A stretch of 63,454 nt of DNA, filler included, from Octopus bimaculoides (lineage: Eukaryota): NCBI RefSeq assembly GCF_001194135.2. It is 6 parts of 4 records of this genome, joined end to end, with 100 filler letters (N's around TTAATTAATTAA, not from the genome) between each part and the next. Parts side by side here need not be neighbours in the genome. Positions count along the whole stretch, not along the records: positions 20,913 to 25,988 come from NC_068989.1; positions 26,089 to 43,077 come from NC_069000.1; 4 more parts are not named here. One strand, written 5' to 3'. The position numbers and the translations under genes were made by a program. Position 1 is the first letter of the stretch, and each line of letters opens with the position of its first letter. Positions 23,309 to 36,562 of the stretch are shown one piece after another. The notes under the pieces were generated by a model. It was not told the DNA's origin, made no database searches, and saw nothing but the letters and a program-made list of their open reading frames with translations.

Positions 23309-24433
23309 AAAGACCCCGCCTAGTTATAAAGAAGTTAATAAATTCTAATCGGTTTTCGAGGAGAGAAGTAAACTTTAAATTCTAGCAGAATCGTTGTTTC
23401 TATTCCTTCTCACCTCATATAACGAACTCACTTTACGTTATACATTACTCATTATCATTCGTAAAAAGCATGAGCACAACGCACTCCTATTCTATCGTTC
23501 CTATTCCGTAACAAAATACATAATATTAACATCCCATCTGTTTCCGAATAAAACAAAGGTTATTTAAAGATTTAAACAATATAATATCAGACGAATTTTG
23601 TGATGAGTTCGAATCTTGAACTATTGCTATTACTTGCCATTTGCTTATTACTGATCATTGCAGCTGTATCATTGCTTTAGGAACAAAATTTAATTAACTC
23701 TAAATAAATTTAAATAATTCTGATGCTTGGGAAATGTAGAAACCATTAAGGCCTTTACAGAAATTTTGTTTCAAATGAATGAAAGACATTCTCAAAATTT
23801 CCATTCAAACTAGAAATTATTACTCGTTGTTTTCTTCCTTTTTAATATCCTTCTTTCCTATCTCTTTCCTCTCTTTCTGTCTACTTTCTTATTTTAAATT
23901 TTTATTCTTTCTTTGATGAATTGTTGTAATTTAAAAAAAATTTCTTTGTTCTAAAGAATAAAAATGAACGAAGAAAAAAGAAAGTAACTGAATAACTTGT
24001 CAAAAATAACTCAAGTATGAGTTCCTTTTGTCAGTCTTTATGAGTGTTTTCATTTTCGTCGTCATCACCAACACGATGATGATGATCATCATCATAATCA
24101 TCATCATCGTCATCGTCATCGTCGTCCTTGTCGTCACTATAATCAATGCATTCAGCGTCTCATCATTGACAGAGTCAGCGTTGCTTTCATCACTCGTTAT
24201 AACAAATATCAGATCTAACTGTCTAGTAGTAAAGTTCTAATTCATCTAGAATTTCTCCACTAATTAAAATTTGACGATTAGTACACATCATCTCACTTCT
24301 GCTACACACGCTAGTGGAATACACATACATACACGCATACACAGAGAGGGAGAAAGAGAGAGCGAGGGGGATATACAAAATTAAATGCTATATGCATACA
24401 TACACACACACACGCACACACATTTTATATAGA

Positions 24434-25148
24434 TTACAACAACATTTTATATAGAGCTACCCAGGGTTTCCCACCCACAACGCTAAAGCTTTGTGTACAG
24501 CTCGTCAGACTCTATATTAATACAAAATTCTAAAACATCTACGTCGCAGACGTGAGGAAACGCTCAAAACTCGAGGCATACGATAAAACGTTAATGAGCA
24601 CGGGTTATTTCCCATTAAACAGAGGGGGAAATATCCAATATATACTCAGAGGCGCCGATTGAGTAAACGGGGAGATCCAATTTTCTAGGAAGTAGTGCTT
24701 GAAGTGGATACATTTAGAAAATACTTCTCTGCGGTTGTTCAATGCGCCAGGCTTCTTAAAATCCTTAAGAATTTTGACTCTGCCTGATCTGTATCGCGGT
24801 GAGAGCCAAAATTCTTAAGGATGTTAAGAAGCCTGGCGTATTAAACAACCATAAAGACGTATTTTCTAAATATGTCCACTTCAAGCGTTACTTACTAGAA
24901 AATTGGATCTCCCCGTTTGATCATTAGGCCTCCCCGAGCATATAAGGGATATTTTTCCCTCTGTTTAAGGGAAATAACCCGTCCTCGTTAACCTTTTTTT
25001 GTATGCCTCGAGTTCTGAGCGTTTCCTCACGTCCGCGACGTAGATATTTTAAAATTTTTTATTTATATAGAGTCTGACAAGCTGTCCACGAAGCTTTAGC
25101 TTTGTGGGTGCGAAACCTTGGGTAACTCTCTATAAACGCTTGTTGTAA
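24434..25148. mobile_element. 715-bp foldback element / Tc1-mariner-type MITE (almost entirely inverted repeat)
   Basis: Arms of about 345 bp are reverse-complementary along their length around a 20-nt loop at 24782-24801; ends read TA-CAACA...TGTTG-TA. Confidence 0.85.
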
Positions 25149-25235
25149 TAATTACTGCTCTGTTTTTTTAGAGTGTGCTTCTTTTTGATGTATGTTTTTT
25201 TATTAATTGATTATGTGTACATGTGTGTGTGTGTG

Positions 25236-25299
<64 letters not shown>

Positions 25300-25310
25300 C
25301 ATAAGCATAA

Positions 25311-25682
25311 TGGAGGCGCAATGGCCCAGTGGTTAGGACAGCGGACTCACGGTCGTGGGATCGCGGTTTAGATTCCCAGACTGGGCGTTGTGAGTGTTTA
25401 TTGAGCGAAAACACCTCAAGTCCCATGAAGCTCCGGCAGGGGGTGGGCAAACCCTGCTGTTCTCTTTCACCAGAACTTTTTCTCACCCTTTCTTCCTGTT
25501 TCTGCTGTACCTGTATTTCAAAGGGCCAGCCTTGTTACACACTGTGTCACGCTGAATCTCCCCGAGAACTACGTTACGGGTATGTGTGTCTGTGGAGTGC
25601 TCAGTCACTTACACGTTAATTTCACGAGCTGGCTGTTCCGTTGATCGGATCAGAACCCTCGTCGTCGTAACTAACGGAGTGT
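25311..25682 (+). mobile_element. tRNA-derived SINE family B, full length
   Basis: Head tggaggcgcaatggcccagtggttagg; tail gaaccctcgtcgtcgtaactaacggagtg. Confidence 0.85.
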
Positions 25683-25719
25683 CACATATGCATATGTATG
25701 TATTAATTTCTGTATACCT

Positions 25720-25930
25720 GTCAATGCCATGTATGCCATAAGGTCTGCAAATCTAACAAACTCCTCAAAAGTCATTTTAAGATCCACAAAGATCAGAAAT
25801 TAATTGCAGCTGTTGGTGGCCCAAAGCAGATATGCAATTTATTGTCTGGTTTAAGAAGCCATATCAGACGCCATGATAGATCTAAGGTGTAAGTATGAAA
25901 GGTGGTCAGACTCTGTATAAGAAGTAGACA

Positions 25931-25932
<2 letters not shown>
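25720..25932 (+). mobile_element. C2H2 zinc-finger-encoding 3' end of a probable LINE (copy 1)
   Basis: CHVCHKVCKSNKLLKSHFKIH...ICNL[7-codon deletion]LSGLRSHIRRHDRSKV*, plus a tail ggtggtcagactctgtataagaagtagaca shared with the copy at 61780. Confidence 0.65.
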
Positions 25933-25988
<56 letters not shown>

Positions 25989-26088
25989 NNNNNNNNNNNN
26001 NNNNNNNNNNNNNNNNNNNNNNNNNNNNNNNNTTAATTAATTAANNNNNNNNNNNNNNNNNNNNNNNNNNNNNNNNNNNNNNNNNNNN

Positions 26089-26121
<33 letters not shown>

Positions 26122-26124
<3 letters not shown>

Positions 26125-26310
26125 GAGGGGATCATGAAAAGCTTCTGGCTTTGGGTAAAAGAAAATACTGGGTGATCATTCATGATTTTTATTGAACATA
26201 TTCCTTTCTCAGATTCACACACTTATTGCAGCGGTCCTTCAGCTTTTCTACGGAATGCTGGGCCTCCAACTAAGCTTTTCCCGATACCCTTAAAGCCATG
26301 AACGTTTTAG
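26122..26310. mobile_element. Mariner-type MITE fragment (TA|CGAGGG terminus)
   Basis: tacgaggggatcatgaaaagcttctggctttgggtaaaagaaaatac...; homologous to 36355 and 36600. Confidence 0.7.
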
Positions 26311-26844
26311 CACCAGATTCAGAAACGAAGTCTATATATTTACATACGTACGTCTGTATCCCTCCATCCCTCCATCCACCCATCCATCCATCCATCCATC
26401 CATCCATACATACATACATGCATCCATCCATCCATACATACATCCAACCATACATACATACTTATACACCGAAGAAGTATATGATCACAGAAACAACCGG
26501 GTGTCCTGGAAGTTAGCTCAACGTAAGTATACGCTTATTTCCTTGGCATGTGTAGACTTGAGATTTAGCCTTTCCATTATATATTTTCCTTATGCATAGG
26601 TCATAATTTTCAGCCCAGACTCTAAACAGTTGTTGAGCACGCTGTGAATAAATGCTTTGATTGGAGAATTAATATGTACTTTGTGAGATTAATGCCTGCC
26701 TACTTATCACATAAAAATAGATATAAGTACGTGAACATTCCATTAAGTAACCACAGTTTTTATGAAACTATATTTATAGCAGAGCAACTCGTTAAAGAGA
26801 AACTAGTCATATAATTTGCAACTGCTAGTGGGGGTCAATGATGA

Positions 26845-27120
26845 TGATGATGATGATGATCATCATCATCATCATCATGATGAAGATGATGAGGAAGGGG
26901 AGGAGGAGGAGGACGGATGACGACGATGACAACGAGAACGGCGATAATGAAGGCGACAAGTGACGACTATGATGGCGTTAATGAAATAGATCCGTCGATG
27001 ACGTAACACAAGCATACGAGTAGGATGTAGCGAACCCAGCAGAGGCATCATCATCGTCAACAATAACGTCACCACCACCACCACCACCACCACCACCATC
27101 ATTATCACCATCAGCAACAA

Positions 27121-27183
<63 letters not shown>

Positions 27184-27370
27184 CAGTAGTAGCAGTAGTA
27201 CTTGTAGAAGTAGTGGTAAGCAAAAGGTGGGGCAAAAGTGGGGGGTGGTATTGACTTCTATTAGAACCACTTTTTTCTTTGCATCATTGCATCTGTCTCT
27301 TCTTCTTCTTCTTCTTCTTCTTCTTCTTCTTCTTCTTCTTCTTCTTCTTCTTCTCTTTCTCTCTCTGNNN
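26845..27370. repeat. Compound trinucleotide microsatellite (GAT/CAC/CAG/TAG/TTC)n
   Basis: Direct reading; a similar (GTT/GGT/GAT)n array follows the gap at 28161-28465. Confidence 0.9.
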
Positions 27371-28206
27371 NNNNNNNNNNNNNNNNNNNNNNNNNNNNNN
27401 NNNNNNNNNNNNNNNNNNNNNNNNNNNNNNNNNNNNNNNNNNNNNNNNNNNNNNNNNNNNNNNNNNNNNNNNNNNNNNNNNNNNNNNNNNNNNNNNNNNN
27501 NNNNNNNNNNNNNNNNNNNNNNNNNNNNNNNNNNNNNNNNNNNNNNNNNNNNNNNNNNNNNNNNNNNNNNNNNNNNNNNNNNNNNNNNNNNNNNNNNNNN
27601 NNNNNNNNNNNNNNNNNNNNNNNNNNNNNNNNNNNNNNNNNNNNNNNNNNNNNNNNNNNNNNNNNNNNNNNNNNNNNNNNNNNNNNNNNNNNNNNNNNNN
27701 NNNNNNNNNNNNNNNNNNNNNNNNNNNNNNNNNNNNNNNNNNNNNNNNNNNNNNNNNNNNNNNNNNNNNNNNNNNNNNNNNNNNNNNNNNNNNNNNNNNN
27801 NNNNNNNNNNNNNNNNNNNNNNNNNNNNNNNNNNNNNNNNNNNNNNNNNNNNNNNNNNNNNNNNNNNNNNNNNNNNNNNNNNNNNNNNNNNNNNNNNNNN
27901 NNNNNNNNNNNNNNNNNNNNNNNNNNNNNNNNNNNNNNNNNNNNNNNNNNNNNNNNNNNNNNNNNNNNNNNNNNNNNNNNNNNNNNNNNNNNNNNNNNNN
28001 NNNNNNNNNNNNNNNNNNNNNNNNNNNNNNNNNNNNNNNNNNNNNNNNNNNNNNNNNNNNNNNNNNNNNNNNNNNNNNNNNNNNNNNNNNNNNNNNNNNN
28101 NNNNNNNNNNNNNNNNNNNNNNNNNNNNNNNNNNNNNNNNNNNNNNNNNNNNNNNNNNNNGTGTTGATTTTGGAGGTATTGGTAAAGGTGGTCGTGTTGC
28201 TGCTGC

Positions 28207-28255
<49 letters not shown>

Positions 28256-30321
28256 GGTGGTAATGATGATAGTGGTGGTGGTGGTGTTTCTGGTGATGGC
28301 GGTGTTGGCAGTAGTGTTGGTATATGTGATGCTGGTGATGGTGGTGGTGTTGATTCTGGTAGTAGTGATATTGATGGCGTGGTGGTGGTGGTGGTGGTGG
28401 TGTTGTTGTTGGTGGTGTTGTTGGTGTTGGTGTTGTTGTTGTTGTTGTTGTTTGTGATGATGACGAACGTGTCGACGTTCTTCAGTGTGTGTAAGCGTGT
28501 TGGCGTGATTAAAATATAATAGAAATACTCAAAAATGTCATATTTTATTCTTAAAGAGAAATGGGTGCATTGTGTCTATAAACATTGGATACATTCACAC
28601 ATGCACAGGCACACACACACATACATACAAGCACTCAATACGCAAACATATGCGTATAATCTGCCACGTGTAGACTTTCTCTCAAATACGTATACTTGTG
28701 CATCTGTATGTTTTAATGTGCCGGGTGCTGCGGAGCGTATTGAAATATGGCTATCGTAACAGTTCACCACATATGGGATATATCAAGACTATTTCGGGTA
28801 AAGCAGAAGCAAGTAATGATAATAATAATAATAATAATAATGACGACGACGGTGGTGGTGGTGGTGGTGGTAATTATGAGGATAATGATAATGATGAGGC
28901 AGTACAAGGAACTGGCTCTCATGGCTTCTGATCTTAACTGATTGGAAATGTTATCATGTACATTGTTTTGCCTTGGTATAAAAGATGGGCTACAGCAAAT
29001 ATTCTGTACCCATATATATACACACATATATATTGACTGCTCCTTCTAGTGTGTAAGGTGACCTGTAAAGGCTCACCTCTTATGTGTTTAAATGTACAGT
29101 AATTTATATATATATACACATATATAGATTATATAAATATATATATGCATTATATATACATATATATATANNNNNNNNNNNNNNNNNNNNNNNNNNNNNN
29201 NNNNNNNNNNNNNNNNNNNNNNNNNNNNNNNNNNNNNNNNNNNNNNNNNNNNNNNNNNNNNNNNNNNNNNNNNNNNNNNNNNNNNNNNNNNNNNNNNNNN
29301 NNNNNNNNNNNNNNNNNNNNNNNNNNNNNNNNNNNNNNNNNNNNNNNNNNNNNNNNNNNNNNNNNNNNNNNNNNNNNNNNNNNNNNNNNNNNNNNNNNNN
29401 NNNNNNNNNNNNNNNNNNNNNNNNNNNNNNNNNNNNNNNNNNNNNNNNNNNNNNNNNNNNNNNNNNNNNNNNNNNNNNNNNNNNNNNNNNNNNNNNNNNN
29501 NNNNNNNNNNNNNNNNNNNNNNNNNNNNNNNNNNNNNNNNNNNNNNNNNNNNNNNNNNNNNNNNNNNNNNNNNNNNNNNNNNNNNNNNNNNNNNNNNNNN
29601 NNNNNNNNNNNNNNNNNNNNNNNNNNNNNNNNNNNNNNNNNNNNNNNNNNNNNNNNNNNNNNNNNNNNNNNNNNNNNNNNNNNNNNNNNNNNNNNNNNNN
29701 NNNNNNNNTATATACAATGATATATACGATATATACATGCATATATGTATATTTATATATATATATATGTGTGTGTAAATATTCTGTGTGCACAGACACA
29801 CTCACTTACACACACATGCACACACATACAAACACACACATGCACACTCAAAACCAGCGAATGCATGCTTTATAATATCATATTGCTAAATCGTTGAAAA
29901 TAAAGTTACATGCCGGTCAAATTACTACTGACAGTTTCAGAACAAGTTCAGTTCATTGTTAGATATGGTTGACTGAAATGTAGGCAGGCAGCACTGAGAA
30001 AGCATTCATCCATGAACTGATGATGTATCTACCACGTACTTCGATGAAGAAACATCTTCTGAGAATTCGAATCATTATACTCTTTCGTAGTTATCAACAA
30101 TTGTTTCCTAATTTGGATAACACGGTAATTCAGTGCTAGAGTATTACGTTTCTATACTTATAGATATCATATCGAGATTTCAGCTTTGAAGAAGATAAAA
30201 CTTAATCTTTAATCCAGTCTTAGTTCTACGTTCAACTATCAGTAGAATTGGTTAGAGAGGGTTCTGTTTCGCAGTCAATTAAACAAAACCTACCAATGAT
30301 ATTATATACCTACTCGTATAT

Positions 30322-30530
30322 AAGGCGGCGAGCTGGCAGAATCGTTAGCACGCCGGGAAAAATGCTTAGCAGTATTTCGGCCCTTTTTACGTTCAAATGC
30401 TACCGGGGTTTACTTTGCCGTTCTTTATTTCGGGGTCGATAAAATAAGTATCAATTGAGCACTCGAATCGATGTCATCGAATTACCTACTTACCCCGAAA
30501 TTGCTGGCCTCGTGCCAAAATCTGAAATAT
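30322..30530 (+). mobile_element. SINE family D
   Basis: aaggcggcgagctggcagaatcgttagcacgccggg...ggggtcgataaaataagta...accccgaaattgctggcctcgtgcc. Confidence 0.8.
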
Positions 30531-30861
30531 TATTTACTTACTCGTATTTAAGGTGGAGGCGCAATGGCCTACTGGTTAGGGACTCGCGGTCGGAGGATCG
30601 TGGTTTCGACAAGGGAACTCCATCTAATGAGGATATATAACATTCAATATATATATATATATATATACAGATAGCTACAGATTTGGGAAAATTGAATGTT
30701 ATATATCGTCAATAGATGGAGCTCTCTTGTCAACTTTTTGCACCGAATTACGCTCTTCTATTCATGACATATAGGTGTGTATATCTGTGTGTGTGTGTAT
30801 GTGTGCGTATGTGAGTGTATTTGAATGTAAGCGTGTGTGTGTATGTGTGTATATATGCCTG

Positions 30862-30923
<62 letters not shown>

Positions 30924-30969
30924 TATACACATATACACACATATATATATGTATATTCATATGTCTGTA

Positions 30970-31013
<44 letters not shown>

Positions 31014-31571
31014 TACACACACTTGCATATTTACACACATATGTATATATACATGTATATATATATATGTGTATATATGTATATTTATATATATGTGTTT
31101 GTGTGCGTGTGTTTTTGTGTGTGTTGATATTTTTTAAACTACCACAACGAATGTACTAAACAGTTCGGCCATAGAGATCTCAGATTTCATACACCATTTG
31201 TATATTTTGAGAGAGGACCGTTGTGGAACAGTCTGGAAACAAACACATCACTCAACAGCTTGGTTCAGGGAGCAGGCTTAGAATGGAACGTTCTGATTTA
31301 ACTGATAAATCATTTTATTGTTAGTTGACCCAAACAGAATCGCACCAACCCATCCACTCATCCGCGCGCAAAGACACACACACACACCGAATACGCACCC
31401 GCAAATATATATAAATATATATATTTATATATATATACGTGTTACATATTTTTCTATAGATAAAAGTGATGGTATGTAAAGAAAAATATATATATACATA
31501 CATATGAGTATGTATGTCCGTGTATATGTATATAGATATATATATATATGTGTACATATACATATATATAC

Positions 31572-31615
<44 letters not shown>

Positions 31616-32677
31616 NNNNNNNNNNNNNNNNNNNNNNNNNNNNNNNNNNNNNNNNNNNNNNNNNNNNNNNNNNNNNNNNNNNNNNNNNNNNNNNNNNNNN
31701 NNNNNNNNNNNNNNNNNNNNNNNNNNNNNNNNNNNNNNNNNNNNNNNNNNNNNNNNNNNNNNNNNNNNNNNNNNNNNNNNNNNNNNNNNNNNNNNNNNNN
31801 NNNNNNNNNNNNNNNNNNNNNNNNNNNNNNNNNNNNNNNNNNNNNNNNNNNNNNNNNNNNNNNNNNNNNNNNNNNNNNNNNNNNNNNNNNNNNNNNNNNN
31901 NNNNNNNNNNNNNNNNNNNNNNNNNNNNNNNNNNNNNNNNNNNNNNNNNNNNNNNNNNNNNNNNNNNNNNNNNNNNNNNNNNNNNNNNNNNNNNNNNNNN
32001 NNNNNNNNNNNNNNNNNNNNNNNNNNNNNNNNNNNNNNNNNNNNNNNNNNNNNNNNNNNNNNNNNNNNNNNNNNNNNNNNNNNNNNNNNNNNNNNNNNNN
32101 NNNNNNNNNNNNNNNNNNNNNNNNNNNNNNNNNNNNNNNNNNNNNNNNNNNNNNNNNNNNNNNNNNNNNNNNNNNNNNNNNNNNNNNNNNNNNNNNNNNN
32201 NNNNNNNNNNNNNNNNNNNNNNNNNNNNNNNNNNNNNNNNNNNNNNNNNNNNNNNNNNNNNNNNNNNNNNNNNNNNNNNNNNNNNNNNNNNNNNNNNNNN
32301 NNNNNNNNNNNNNNNNNNNNNNNNNNNNNNNNNNNNNNNNNNNNNNNNNNNNNNNNNNNNNNNNNNNNNNNNNNNNNNNNNNNNNNNNNNNNNNNNNNNN
32401 NNNNNNNNNNNNNNNNNNNNNNNNNNNNNNNNNNNNNNNNNNNNNNNNNNNNNNNNNNNNNNNNNNNNNNNNNNNNNNNNNNNNNNNNNNNNNNNNNNNN
32501 NNNNNNNNNNNNNNNNNNNNNNNNNNNNNNNNNNNNNNNNTATATACATATGTGTGTGTGTATGTGTGTGTATGTCTCTGTATACACTTGTATACAGACA
32601 CCATATTGGATGTATTTAGCTTATCTGAGCAATGTTCATCCATTCTATATGTACAGACTGTGTGTATTGTTTTCCAG

Positions 32678-32746
32678 GCCCTGCTCATGTGGTGGCCTCC
32701 TCTGCCATTTGGTACAGCGAAGTTCATGGAGTGTCACAAACTTTCG
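32678..32746 (+). CDS. Candidate 69-nt symmetric exon of an unidentified gene
   Basis: Acceptor gtgtattgttttccAG and donor TCG|GTaatt; a GC-rich island in microsatellite DNA, open in all three frames (e.g. PAHVVASSAIWYSEVHGVSQTF). No homology recognised. Confidence 0.4.
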
Positions 32747-33086
32747 GTAATTCCTTGTTAAAGGCCTCCCTATCGCCTTACACGGTGTCTGAGTATGTTG
32801 GTATGTGTTAATATGGTTCTGATATGTGTGCCTGTGTGTTTATGTATGTATGTATGTATGTATGTGTGTTTATGTATGTATGCATGTATGCATGTATGTA
32901 TGCATGTATGTATGTATGTGTGTGTGTATGTGTGTGTGTATGTAGGGATGGATGGATGATACTTGTATGTATGTATATATGCATGTATGAATGTATGTTG
33001 GTACGTGTGTCTGTAGATATATATGTGTGCGTATTTGTGTATTTTTGTATATATGTTAAATGACGAGAAAGAGAGAGATAAGAGGC

Positions 33087-33132
<46 letters not shown>

Positions 33133-33814
33133 CCAGACAGTCAGACAGAGAGTGAAAAGGCTACAAAGACAAGAGAAACACACGTGTATATATATATATA
33201 TATATTTATATATANNNNNNNNNNNNNNNNNNNNNNNNNNNNNNNNNNNNNNNNNNNNNNNNNNNNNNNNNNNNNNNNNNNNNNNNNNNNNNNNNNNNNN
33301 NNNNNNNNNNNNNNNNNNNNNNNNNNNNNNNNNNNNNNNNNNNNNNNNNNNNNNNNNNNNNNNNNNNNNNNNNNNNNNNNNNNNNNNNNNNNNNNNNNNN
33401 NNNNNNNNNNNNNNNNNNNNNNNNNNNNNNNNNNNNNNNNNNNNNNNNNNNNNNNNNNNNNNNNNNNNNNNNNNNNNNNNNNNNNNNNNNNNNNNNNNNN
33501 NNNNNNNNNNNNNNNNNNNNNNNNNNNNNNNNNNNNNNNNNNNNNNNNNNNNNNNNNNNNNNNNNNNNNNNNNNNNNNNNNNNNNNNNNNNNNNNNNNNN
33601 NNNNCGACCGCGACTGTTTATATTACGTATTTCTTCTCTCTCTTGCGTCTGGGAGGTCTTTAAGAACAACTTTTAGGGAACGCTCTTCGGCTGACCAGAT
33701 ATATTAGTTACAGCACTAAATGAATCCCGTGCCCTGATTGGTGCATATGCCTCACGAATAAATCATACCACTAATATCCTGATCATGATAATGGTTAATA
33801 TAAGCGCAAGCAAG

Positions 33815-34010
33815 CCTAGCAGAATCGTTAGCACAGCGGGCGAAATGCTTAGCGGCATTTCGTCTGTTTTTACGTTCTGAGTTCAAATTCTGCCGAGGTT
33901 CACATTGCCTTTTTATCCCTTTCGGGATTGATAAAATAAGTACCAGCTGAAGACTTGGGTCGATGTAATCGACTTTAAATCCTCTCCCGAAATTGCTGGG
34001 CTTGTGCTAA
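33815..34010 (+). mobile_element. SINE family D
   Basis: ctagcagaatcgttagcacagcgggcgaaatgcttagcggcatttcgtctg...cccgaaattgctgggcttgtgc. Confidence 0.8.
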
Positions 34011-34057
34011 TGAAGCTAAATTTATAAGTTCTAAAACTGCAGACGAATTCGTTGCTG

Positions 34058-34130
34058 GGAAGTTTAGTTTAATGGTAAAACATTTGACGCGTAATCACAG
34101 AGATGTGAGTTCGAGTCTCGTGGCTGGCCA
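34058..34130 (+). tRNA. tRNA-Thr(CGT)-like pseudogene
   Basis: D arm GTTT-aatggta-AAAC, anticodon arm tttga-cgCGTaa-tcaca, T arm gtgag-TTCGAGT-ctcgt, and a downstream T5 terminator. Two acceptor-stem mismatches and G at position 33. Confidence 0.6.
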
Positions 34131-35642
34131 GTAACGTATTTTTCTGCAATGTATGGATAATTTATCCTGATCACGCTGTTTATAGCATTATCACGCGTTT
34201 GAGAAATAAATTTATTTCTGTATCTTACGATATTTATTCCGTTTATTTCCGTTCTGATTGCAAATTCCAATCAGGTCAATTTTACCTTTCATCGTCATGG
34301 AACGGTTGATATAATACGTTCGGCATCAGCAAATGGTGTTGGAAGATTAGGAGAATTGTTAAACTGTTGGACAAAATGCTTTAATGACAATTGGTTCTGA
34401 CTTTGGTAATCGTTCGACTTTGCCTTCAATCCTTTTCGGAGTCGATAAAATAAGTACCAACTGGACACACACTCAAAGCAATAATGCATTACCTGAAAGA
34501 CGTATACAGTGGTGACAATTATGCCTAAAACATTTTTGACCATAATGACCATAAAACCGCTTGATCAGTGTTGATCTTGCGCTATACATATATGGCAAAT
34601 TTCTCTGTCTTCGTAGATTGAATAAATGACAAACTGTCTCAATCGGTTTTCGAGTTCTCGGCAGAGTTGTCTACATCATTTGATCAATCTCAGAGAAATA
34701 AGCAACCAATTTGTTTTATATATATACGAACGTAGACACATACACACATATACACAAACATGTACTCACGTGCCTAGACCAGTGTTTCACAAACAGACAA
34801 TTACCATCTTTCTTTCTCACCGTCACAACACCAGGGAAAGTTTTTACTCTTTCCTTTCGCTATTGTTCCAAATGTTATATTCATCTTGGAATATAAATTT
34901 CTTGCATAATATCGCCCCAACTTGATGGCGTTTAATATTGCTAAACAGCAAATGTTTATTTGATATTATATAAGAAATAACGTACTCTTTATTTTAGATC
35001 GTATTATATAAAAAAAATTCTGTGAGAACGTTTGCCTTTCCTCGTATTTTACTATAATTTCTGCATCTGTCGAAGAAACTTGGTTGAAGAAAATAAAATT
35101 TCACTTTGTACATATTTCACTATGTACGCACACACACACACAACACACACACACACACACACANNNNNNNNNNNNNNNNNNNNNNNNNNNNNNNNNNNNN
35201 NNNNNNNNNNNNNNNNNNNNNNNNNNNNNNNNNNNNNNNNNNNNNNNNNNNNNNNNNNNNNNNNNNNNNNNNNNNNNNNNNNNNNNNNNNNNNNNNNNNN
35301 NNNNNNNNNNNNNNNNNNNNNNNNNNNNNNNNNNNNNNNNNNNNNNNNNNNNNNNNNNNNNNNNNNNNNNNNNNNNNNNNNNNNNNNNNNNNNNNNNNNN
35401 NNNNNNNNNNNNNNNNNNNNNNNNNNNNNNNNNNNNNNNNNNNNNNNNNNNNNNNNNNNNNNNNNNNNNNNNNNNNNNNNNNNNNNNNNNNNNNNNNNNN
35501 NNNNNNNNNNNNNNNNNNNNNNNNNNNNNNAAAATAGAGAAATCCAGTGTTTATTCACAGAGAATTGAATGGTTGGAAAACTGAAATAAATTAAAACCAG
35601 ATTCTTCTTGCATTATTATTATTATTATTATCATTATTTTTA

Positions 35643-35701
<59 letters not shown>

Positions 35702-36354
35702 GCTGCCGTTGCTGTTGGTGGTGGTGACGGTGGTGATGGAGGTGATGGAGGTGGCCTTTTGAGTTATTCACGTTTTTGTTGTTGTTGTGCAAACGATTGT
35801 GCTCTAAAGTGCGCGCGCATCAGTTTATGTTACGAAAAGCCATTATTCGGAGTTATAATGATGCAAACATATTTATGCATTCAATATTATACACCTAAGA
35901 TCATACGCACTTATTTCTATGTCGATATTAGGCCTCTTTACATACATACGTACATACGATGCTTACATCCGGTGTACACACGCACATACACATGCGCACG
36001 GAGACGCAGATGCACACACAAACGCACATGCACATGCAGATACACATGCATACGCAAACACACATGCATACACGGACACACACACGCGCACGTAAACACA
36101 CATTCACACGCAGAAACAAGAACAGACATATACGCACACACAGACACGCATGCTCATGAAGACACGCATACAAATATAGATAAGTACACATGCTCACAGA
36201 TACATATGCACACACATACATGCATACATAGACATATGCACACCCATACAAGCTGACACATACGTACGGGTAAATCTGAACACACACTCATATTCATGTA
36301 TATTAACACGATAAGTAAACAGCCATGTATCTCTTATAGGCAGACGTTCATATA

Positions 36355-36562
36355 TACGATGGGGTGTGAAAAAGTTTATGGTCTTAGGTAAAAGAAAATA
36401 CAGGAGAATCTGTTAATTATGATTTTATTCAACATATTCCTTTCTCAAATTGCAGCTGTCCTTAAGTTTTTCTAAACCGTGTAAAAGAACTCAGAAGGTT
36501 GGGCCTCCAAACAGGCTTTTCACGGTACCATTAAAACCAGGAACTTTCAACACCCTCTCGTA
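36355..36562. mobile_element. Mariner-type MITE, complete
   Basis: TA|CGATGGGGTGTGAAAAGTTT...AACTTTCAACACCCTCTCG|TA; a second, degenerate tandem copy lies at 36600-36825. Confidence 0.75.

Noticed and set aside
23603-23680. 25-aa signal-peptide-like smORF MSSNLELLLLLAICLLLIIAAVSLL
   Set aside because: T-rich DNA yields hydrophobic peptides by chance; no downstream exon or other support.
24060-24150. Minus-strand DYSDDKDDDD (FLAG-like) acidic peptide
   Set aside because: Decayed (GAT/GAC)n microsatellite with upstream stops; coincidence.
30017-30062. TGATGA...CTGA box C/D snoRNA-like motif
   Set aside because: Too short, no terminal stem and no evident guide complementarity.
31230-31245. 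16-nt exact match to the start of formin exon 3 (agtctggaaacaaaca)
   Set aside because: No extension on either side; one such match is expected by chance in 63 kb of AT-rich DNA.
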